A DNA stretch of 64,000 nt from Paragordius varius (taxonomy: Eukaryota > Animalia > Nematomorpha), in NCBI GenBank assembly GCA_964247055.1, contig OZ176052.1, positions 12,958,001-13,022,000 on the forward strand, written 5' to 3'. Position numbers and translations under genes: made by a program. Of this stretch, positions 54,701-64,000 are shown piece by piece. The notes under the pieces are model-generated. The model worked only from the letters and a program-made list of their open reading frames with translations. It searched no databases and had not been told where the DNA came from. Numbering within the stretch: position 1 is the stretch's first letter; each line of letters starts with the position of its first letter.

Positions 54701-57700
54701 AAAATTAATGTATTAAACTAGTCGCATCAATACTCAAGTTAAACTTTGTCCTTAAAAATCGGATATTGGTCACCGGTAAACAAAATAATTTTTTATACAT
54801 TCTCTTAGTAAGACTACATCAAAATATAGAAATAGTTTGACAAACTCTTTCATATCCGATTTTTACAACGATAATTTAAAAATTAATGTATTAAACTAGT
54901 CGCATGAATACTCAAGTTAAACTTTGTCCTTAAAAATCGGATATTGGTCACCGGTGAATAAAATTATTTTTCATACATTCTCTTAGTAGGACTACATCAA
55001 AATATAGAGATAGTTTGGCAAACTGTTTCATATCCGTTTTTACAACGATACTTTAAAAATTAATGTATAAAACTAGTCGCATCAATACTCAAGTTAAACT
55101 TTGTCCTTAAAAATCGAATATTGGTCCCCGGTGAACAAATTTATTTTTTATACATTCTCTTAGTAAGATAACATCAAAATATAGAAATAGTTTGACAAAC
55201 TCTTTCATATCCGATTTTTACAACGATACTTTAAAAATTATGGTATTAAACCAGTCGCATCAATACTCAAGTTAAACTTTGTCCTTAAAAATCGGATATT
55301 GGTCACCGGTAAACAAAATAATTTTTTATACATTCTCTTAGTAAGACTACATCAAAATATAGAAATAGTTTGACAAACTCTTTCATATCCGATTACAACG
55401 ATACTTTAAAAATTAATGTATTAAACTAGTCGCATCAATACTCAAGTTAAACTTTGTCCTTAAAAATCGGATATTGGTCACCGGTAAACAAAATTATTTT
55501 TTATACATTCTCTTAGTAAGATAACATCAAAATATAGAAATAGTTTGACAAACTCTTTCATATCCGATTTTTACAACGATACTTTAAAAATTATGGTATT
55601 AAACCAGTCGCATCAATACTCAAGTTAAACTTTGTCCTTAAAAATCGAATATTAGTCACCGGTGAACAAAATTTTGTTTTATACATTCTCTTAGTAATAC
55701 TACATCAAAATATATAGATAGTTTGACAAACTCTTTCATATCCGATTTTTACAACGATACTTTAAAAATTAATGTATTAAACTAGTCGCATCAATACTCA
55801 AGTTAAACTTTGTCCTTAAAAATCGGATATTGGTCACCGGTGAATAAAATAATTTTTTATACATTCTCTTAGTAAGACTACATCAAAATATAGAAATAGT
55901 TTGACAAACTCTTTCATATACGATTTTTACAACGATACTTTAAAAATTAATGTATTAAACTAGTCGCATCAATACTCAAGTTAAACTTTGTCCTTAAAAA
56001 TCGGATATTAGTCACCGGTGAATAAAATTATTTTTTATATATTCTCTTAGTAAGACTACATCAAAATATAGAAATATTTTGACAAACTCTTTCACATCCG
56101 ATTTTTACAACGATACTTTAAAAATTAATGTATAAAACTAGTCGCATCAATACTCAAGTTAAATTTTGTCCTTAAAAATCGAATATTGGTCACCGGTGAA
56201 CAAAATTTATTTTTATACATTCTCTTAGTAAGACTACATCAAAATATAGAAATAGTTTGACAAACTCTTTCATATCCGATTTTTACAACGATACTTTAAA
56301 AATTATGGTATTAAACCAGTCGCATCAATACTCAAGTTAAACTTTGTCCTTAAAAATCGGATATAGGTCACCGGTGAACAAAACTATTTTTTATACATAC
56401 TCTTAGTAAGACTACATCAAAATATAGAGATAATTTGACAAACCCTTTCATATCCGATTTTTACAACGATACTTTAAAAATTAATGTATAAAACTAGGCG
56501 TATCAATAAATCGCATCAATACTCAAGTTAAACTTTGTCCTTAAAAATCGGATATTGGTCACCGGTGAACAAAATTAATTTTTAAACATTCTCTTAGTAG
56601 GACTACATCAAAATATATAGATAGTTTGGCAAACTGTTTCATATCCGATTTTTACAACGATACTTTAAAAATTAATGTAAAAAACTAGTCGCATCAATAC
56701 TCAAGTTAAATTTGTCCTTAAAAATCGGATATTGGTCACCGGTGAATTAAATTATTTTTCATACATTCTCTTAGTAAGACTACATCAAAATATAGAAATA
56801 GTTTGACAAACTCTTTCATATCCGATTTTTAAAACGATACTTTAAAAATTAATGTATTAAACTAGTCGCATCAATACTCAAGTTAAACTTTGTCCTTAAA
56901 AATCGGATATTGGTCACCGGTAAACAAAATTATTTTTTATACATTCTCTTAGTAAGATAACATCAAAATATAGAAATAGTTTGACAAACTCTTTCATATC
57001 CGATTTTTACAACGATACTTTAAAAATTATGGTATTAAACCAGTCGCATCAATACTCAAGTTAAACTTTGTCCTTAAAAATCGAATATTAGTCACCGGTG
57101 AACAAAATTTTGTTTTATACATTCTCTTAGTAATACTACATCAAAATATATAGATAGTTTGACAAACTCTTTCATATCCGATTTTTACAACGATACTTTA
57201 AAAATTAATGTATTAAACTAGTCGCATCAATACTCAAGTTAAACTTTGTCCTTAAAAATCGGATATTGGTCACCGGTGAATAAAATTATTTTTCATACAT
57301 TCTCTTAGTAAGACTACATCAAAATATAGAAATAGTTTGACAAACTCTTTCATATCCGATTTTTAAAACGATACTTTAAAAATTAATGTATTAAACTAGT
57401 CGCATCAATACTCAAGTTAAACTTTGTCCTTAAAAATCGGATATTGGTCACCGGTAAACAAAATAATTTTTTATACATTCTCTTAGTAAGACTACATCAA
57501 AATATAGAAATAGTTTGACAAACTCTTTCATATCCGATTTTTACAACGATACTTTAAAAATTAATGTATTAAACTAGTCGCATCAATACTCAAGTTAAAC
57601 TTTGTCCTTAAAAATCGGATATTGGTCACCGGTGAATAAAATTATTTTTCATACATTCTCTTAGTAGGACTACATCAAAATATAGAGATAGTTTGGCAAA

Positions 57701-58050
57701 CTGTTTCATATCCGATTTTTACAACGATACTTTAAAAATTAATGTATAAAACTAGTCGCATCAATACTCAAGTTAAACTTTGTCCTTAAAAATCGAATAT
57801 TGGTCACCGGTGAACAAAATTATTTTTTATACATTCTCTTAGTAAGATAACACTAAAATATAGAAATAGTTTGACAAACTCTTTCATATCCGATTTTTAC
57901 AACGATACTTTAAAAATTATGGTATTAAACCAGTCGCATCAATACTCAAGTTAAACTTTGTCCTTAAAAATCGGATATTGGTCACCGGTAAACAAAATAA
58001 TTTTTTATACATTCTCTTAGTAAGACTACATCAAAATATAGAAATAGTTT
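51760..58050 (+). repeat. Nested higher-order repeats: 8-mer of 1,436 bp inside a 15-mer of 2,678 bp
   Basis: GGATATAGGTC at 52251/53687 (+1436) and 56365 (+2678); CCGGTAAAC 52808/55486 (+2678). Confidence 0.87.
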
Positions 58051-58499
58051 GACAAACTCTTTCATATCCGATTTTTGAAACGATACTTTAAAAATTAATG
58101 TATAAAACTAGTCGTATCAATACTCAAGTTAAACTTTGTCCTTAAAAATCGAATATTGGTCACCGGTGAACAAAATTATTTTTTATACATTCTCTTAGTA
58201 AGACTACATCAAAATATAGAAATAGTTTGACAAACTCTTTCATATCCGATTTTTAAAACGATACTTTAAAAATTAATGTATAAAACTAGTCGTATCAATA
58301 AATCGCATCAATACTCAAATTAAACTTTGTCCTTAAAAATCGGATATTGGTCACCAGTGAACAAAATAATTTTTTATACATTCTCTTAGTAAGACTACAT
58401 CAAAATATAGAAATAGTTTGACAAACTCTTTCATATACGATTTTTACAACGATACTTTAAAAATTAATGTATTAAACTAGTCGCATCAATACTCAAGTT

Positions 58500-60300
58500 A
58501 AACTTTGTCCTTAAAAATCGAATATTGGTCACCGGTGAACAAAATTATTTTTTATACATTCTCTTAGTAAGACTACATCAAAATATAGAAATAGTTTGAC
58601 AAACTCTTTCATATCCGATTTTTAAAACGATACTTTAAAAATTAATGTATAAAACTAGTCGTATCAATAAATCGCATCAATACTCAAGTTAAACTTTGTC
58701 CTTAAAAATCGGATATTGGTCACCGGTGAACAAAATAATTTTTTATACATTCTCTTAGTAAGACTACATCAAAATATAGAAATAGTTTGACAAACTCTTT
58801 CATATACGATTTTTACAACAATACTTTAAAAATTAATGTATTAAACTAGTCGCATCAATACTCAAGTTAAACTTTGTCCTTAAAAATCGGATATTGGTCA
58901 CCGGTGAATAAAATTATTTTTTATATATTCTCTTAGTAAGACTACATCAAAATATAGAAATAGTTTGACAAACTCTTTCATATCCGATTTTTACAACGAT
59001 ACTTTAAAAATTAATGTATTAAACTAGTCGCATCATTACTCAAGTTAAACTTTGTCCTTAAAAATCGAATATTGGTCACCGGTGAACAAAATTATTTTTT
59101 ATACATTCTCTTAGTAAGACTACATCAAAATATAGAAATAGTTTGACAAACTCTTTCATATCCGATTTTTACAACGATACTTTAAAAATTATGGTATTAA
59201 ACCAGTCGCATCAATACTCAAGTTAAACTTTGTCCTTAAAAATCGAATATTGGTCACCGGTGAACAAAATTATTTTTTATACATTCTCATAGTAAGACTA
59301 CATCAAAATATAGAGATTGTTTGACAAACTCTTTTATATCCGATTTTTAAAACGATACTTTAAAAATTAATGTATTAAACTAGTCGCATCAATACTCAAG
59401 TTAAACTTTGTCCTTAAAAATCGGATATTGGTCACCGGTGAACAAAATAATTTTTTATACATTCTCTTAGTAAGACTACATCAAAATATAGAAATAGTTT
59501 CACAAACTCTTTCATATCCGATTTTTACAACGATACTTTAAAAATTAATGTATTAAACTAGTCGCATCAATACTCAAGTTAAACTTTGTCCTTAAAAATC
59601 GAATATTGGTCACCGGTGAACAAAATTATTTTTTATACATTCTCTTAGTAAGACTACATCAAAATATAGAAATAGTTTGACAAACTCTTTCATATCCGAT
59701 TTTTAAAACGATACTTTAAAAATTAATGTATAAAACTAGTCGTATCAATAAATCGCATCAATACTCAAGTTAAACTTTGTCCTTAAAAATCGAATATTGG
59801 TCACCGGTGAACAAAATAATTTTTTATACATTCTCTTAGTAAGACTACATCAAAATATAGAAATAGTTTGACAAACTCTTTCATATACGATTTTTACAAC
59901 GATACTTTAAAAATTAATGTATTAAACTAGTCGCATCAATACTCAAGTTAAACTTTGTCCTTAAAAATCGGATATTGGTCACCGGTGAATAAAATTATTT
60001 TTTATATATTCTCTTAGTAAGACTACATCAAAATATAGAAATAGTTTGACAAACTCTTTCATATCCGATTTTTACAACGATACTTTAAAAATTAATGTAT
60101 TAAACTAGTCGCATCATTACTCAAGTTAAACTTTGTCCTTAAAAATCGAATATTGGTCACCGGTGAACAAAATTATTTTTTATACATTCTCTTAGTAAGA
60201 CTACATCAAAATATAGAAATAGTTTGACAAACTCTTTCATATCCGATTTTTACAACGATTCTTTAAAAATTATGGTATTAAACCAGTCGCATCAATACTC
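58500..60300 (+). repeat. Higher-order repeat: 6-monomer unit, period 1,081 bp
   Basis: GCATCATTAC at 59036/60117, with flanking monomers in the same order. Confidence 0.78.
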
Positions 60301-60799
60301 AAGTTAAACTTTGTCCTTAAAAATCGAATATTGGTCACCGGTGAACAAAATTAATTTTTATACATTCTCTTAGTAAGACTACATCAAAATATAGAAATAG
60401 TTTGACAAACTCTTTCATATCCGATTTTTAAAACGATACTTTAAAAATTAATGTATAAAACTAGTCGTATCAATACTCAAGTTAAACTTTGTCCTTAAAA
60501 ATCGGATATTGGTCACCGGTGAACAAAATTATTTTTTATACATTCTCTTAGTAGGACTACATCAAAATATAGAAATAGTTTGACAAACTCTTTCATATCC
60601 GATTTTTACAACGATACTTTAAAAATTAATGTATTAAACTAGTCGCATCAATACTCAAGTTAAACTTTGTCCTTAAAAATCGAATATTGGTCACCGGTGA
60701 ACAAAATTATTTTTTATACATTCTCTTAGTAAGACTACATCAAAATATAGAAATAGTTTGACAAACTCTTTCATATCCGATTTTTAAAACGATACTTTA

Positions 60800-63700
60800 A
60801 AAATTAATGTATAAAACTAGTCGTATCAATAAATCGCATCAATACTCAAGTTAAACTTTGTCCTTAAAAATCGGATATTGGTCACCGGTGAACAAAATAA
60901 TTTTTTATACATTCTCTTAGTAAGACTACATCAAAATATAGAAATAGTTTGACAAACTCTTTCATATACGATTTTTACAACGATACTTTAAAAATTAATG
61001 TATTAAACTAGTCGCATCAATACTCAAGTTAAACTTTGTCCTTAAAAATCGGATATTAGTCACCGGTGAATAAAATTATTTTTTATATATTCTCTTAGTA
61101 AGACTACATCAAAATATAGAAATATGTTGACAAATTCTTTCACATCCGATTTTTACAACGATACTTTAAAAATTAATGTATTAAACTAGTCGCATCAATA
61201 CTCAAGTTAAACTTTGTCCTTAAAAATCGGATATTGGTGACCGGTGAACAAAATTATTTTTTATACATTCTCTTAGTAGGACTACATCAAAATATAGAGA
61301 TAGTTTGGCAAACTGTTTCATATCCGATTTTTACAACGATACTTTAAAAATTAATGTATAAAACTAGGCGTATCAATAAATCGCATCAATACTCAAGTTA
61401 AACTTTGTCCTTAAAAATCAGATATTGGTCACCGGTGAACAAAATTAATTTTTATACTTTTTTTTAGTAGGACTACATCAAAATATAGAGATAGTTTGGC
61501 AAACTGTTTCATATCCGATTTTTACAACGATACTTTAAAAATTAATGTATAAAACTAGTCGCATCAATACTCAAGTTAAATTTTGTCCTTAAAAATCGAA
61601 TATTGGTCACCGGTGAACAAAATTTATTTTTATACATTCTCTTAGTAAGACTACATCAAAATATAGAAATAGTTTGACAAACTCTTTCATATCCGATTTT
61701 TACAACGATACTTTAAAAATTATGGTATTAAACCAGTCGCATCAATACTCAAGTTAAACTTTGTCCTTAAAAATCGGATATAGGTCACCGGTGAACAAAA
61801 CTATTTTTTATACATACTCTTAGTAAGACTACATCAAAATATAGAGATAATTTGACAAACCCTTTCATATCCGATTTTTACAACGATACTTTAAAAATTA
61901 ATGTATAAAACTAGGCGTATCAATAAATCGCATCAATACTCAAGTTAAACTTTGTCCTTAAAAATCGGATATTGGTCACGGGTGAACAAAATTATTTTTT
62001 ATACATTCTCTTAGTAGGACTACATCAAAATATAGAGATAGTTTGGCAAACTCTTTCATATCCGATTTTTACAACGATACTTTAAAAATTAATGTATTAA
62101 ACTAGTCGCATCAATACTCAAGTTAAACTTTGTCCTTAAAAATCGAATATTGGTCACCGGTGAACAAAATTATTTTTTATACATTCTCTTAGTAAGACTA
62201 CATCAAAATATAGAAATAGTTTGACAAACTCTTTCATATCCGATTTTTAAAACGATACTTTAAAAATTAATGTATAAAACTAGTCGTATCAATAAATCGC
62301 ATCAATACTCAAGTTAAACTTTGTCCTTAAAAATCGGATATTGCTCACCGGTGAACAAAATAATTTTTTATACATTCTCTTAGTAAGACTACATCAAAAT
62401 ATAGAAATAGTTTGACAAACTCTTTCATATACGATTTTTACAACGATACTTTAAAAATTAATGTATTAAACTAGTCGCATCAATACTCAAGTTAAACTTT
62501 GTCCTTAAAAATCGGATATTAGTCACCGGTGAATAAAATTATTTTTTATATATTCTCTTAGTAAGACTACATCAAAATATAGAAATATTTTGACAAACTC
62601 TTTCACATCCGATTTTTACAACGATACTTTAAAAAATAATGTATAAAACTAGTCGCATCAATACTCAAGTTAAATTTTGTCCTTAAAAATCGAATATTGG
62701 TCACCGGTGAACAAAATTTATTTTTATACATTCTCTTAGTAAGACTACATCAAAATATAGAAATAGTTTGACAAACTCTTTCATATCCGATTTTTACAAC
62801 GATACTTTAAAAATTATGGTATTAAACCAGTCGCATCAATACTCAAGTTAAACTTTGTCCTTAAAAATCGGATATAGGTCACCGGTGAACAAAACTATTT
62901 TTTATACATACTCTTAGTAAGACTACATCAAAATATAGAGATAATTTGACAAACCCTTTCATATCCGATTTTTACAACGATACTTTAAAAATTAATGTAT
63001 AAAACTAGGCGTATCAATAAATCGCATCAATACTCAAGTTAAACTTTGTCCTTAAAAATCGGATATTGGTCACCGGTGAACAAAATTAATTTTTAAACAT
63101 TCTCTTAGTAGGACTACATCAAAATATATAGATAGTTTGGCAAACTGTTTCATATCCGATTTTTACAACGATACTTTAAAAATTAATGTAAAAAACTAGT
63201 CGCATCAATACTCAAGTTAAATTTGTCCTTAAAAATCGGATATTGGTCACCGGTGAATTAAATTATTTTTCATACATTCTCTTAGTAAGACTACATCAAA
63301 ATATAGAAATAGTTTGACAAACTCTTTCATATCCGATTTTTAAAACGATACTTTAAAAATTAATGTATTAAACTAGTCGCATCAATACTCAAGTTAAACT
63401 TTGTCCTTAAAAATCGGATATTGGTCACCGGTAAACAAAATTATTTTTTATACATTCTCTTAGTAAGATAACATCAAAATATAGAAATAGTTTGACAAAC
63501 TCTTTCATATCCGATTTTTACAACGATACTTTAAAAATTATGGTATTAAACCAGTCGCATCAATACTCAAGTTAAACTTTGTCCTTAAAAATCGAATATT
63601 AGTCACCGGTGAACAAAATTTTGTTTTATACATTCTCTTAGTAATACTACATCAAAATATATAGATAGTTTGACAAACTCTTTCATATCCGATTTTTACA

Positions 63701-64000
63701 ACGATACTTTAAAAATTAATGTATTAAACTAGTCGCATCAATACTCAAGTTAAACTTTGTCCTTAAAAATCGGATATTGGTCACCGGTGAATAAAATAAT
63801 TTTTTATACATTCTCTTAGTAAGACTACATCAAATTATAGAAATAGTTTGACAAACTCTTTCATATACGATTTTTACAACGATACTTTAAAAATTAATGT
63901 AAACTAGTCGCATCAATACTCAAGTTAAACTTTGTCCTTAAAAATCGGATATTAGTCACCGGTGAATAAAATTATTTTTTATATATTCTCTTAGTAAGAC
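60800..64000 (+). repeat. Mosaic of two non-adjacent copies: about 47.3-48.4 kb (+13,548) followed by about 51.3-53.4 kb (+10,625)
   Basis: TTATACTTTTTTTTAG 47909/61457 and GGATATAGG 48234/61782 (+13548); GATATTGCTCACC 51719/62344 and GGATATAGG 52251/62876 (+10625). Confidence 0.88.

Larger units (their letters stand above)
1..64000 (+). repeat. Tandem satellite DNA array, 178-bp monomer, all copies head-to-tail, running off both ends of the window
   Basis: The same unit recurs continuously; monomer starts (ACTTTA) at 1, 180, 371, 552 and onward. Typical unit 178 bp, with length variants of 176/177, 181, 187, 191 and 122 bp. I saw no unique sequence anywhere. Consensus GC is 49/178. Confidence 0.99.

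Noticed and set aside
1-64000. Protein-coding ORFs
   Set aside because: In the consensus, plus-strand TAA starts at positions 5, 12 and 19 (three frames) and minus-strand stops (TTA 4, TTA 11, CTA 24) cover the other three, so ORFs cannot run much beyond one monomer.
1-64000. CRISPR array
   Set aside because: There are no unique spacers; the whole 178 bp repeats, including the sequence between palindromes. No cas genes or leader are present.
1-64000. Arabidopsis CEN178/CEN180 or primate alpha satellite
   Set aside because: The length is similar, but the sequence lacks the motifs I recall for them (HindIII AAGCTT-based CEN178 consensus; 171-bp unit with canonical CENP-B box).
1-64000. rDNA, 5S, tRNA or histone tandem arrays; telomeric repeats
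   Set aside because: No recognisable RNA gene, cloverleaf, Pol III box, coding sequence or short G-rich telomere unit; GC is only about 27%.
1650-64000. Higher-order duplications as pure assembly artefacts
   Set aside because: Copies differ by scattered substitutions and indels (e.g. 3455 T versus 6114 G; a 5-bp deletion near 23935 absent from its copy near 29000). Read-level confirmation is still needed.

Overview
The whole 64 kb window is one uninterrupted head-to-tail tandem array of an AT-rich satellite with a 178-bp monomer (about 27.5% GC counted on the consensus; roughly 355 copies, estimated from length). Consensus: ACTTTAAAAATTAATGTATAAAACTAGTCGCATCAATACTCAAGTTAAACTTTGTCCTTAAAAATCGGATATTGGTCACCGGTGAACAAAATTATTTTTTATACATTCTCTTAGTAAGACTACATCAAAATATAGAGATAGTTTGACAAACTCTTTCATATCCGATTTTTACAACGAT. 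I found no gene, RNA gene, transposon insertion, CRISPR array or change of orientation; stop codons close all six frames within the first 26 bp of the consensus. It looks like eukaryotic centromeric or pericentromeric satellite, but species and centromere function cannot be assigned from sequence. I see no novel gene system here. The structure worth a second look is internal: (i) several dyad symmetries per monomer, including a perfect 14-bp inverted repeat and a perfect 10-bp palindrome; (ii) local higher-order repeats of 2 to 15 monomers that change along the array; (iii) three or more variant domains with a diverged patch near 17.7-18.4 kb; (iv) a recombination junction mappable to about 65 bp, a single 56-bp deletion monomer and two apparent micro-inversions. 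All periods were measured by hand from diagnostic variants, and block boundaries are approximate.
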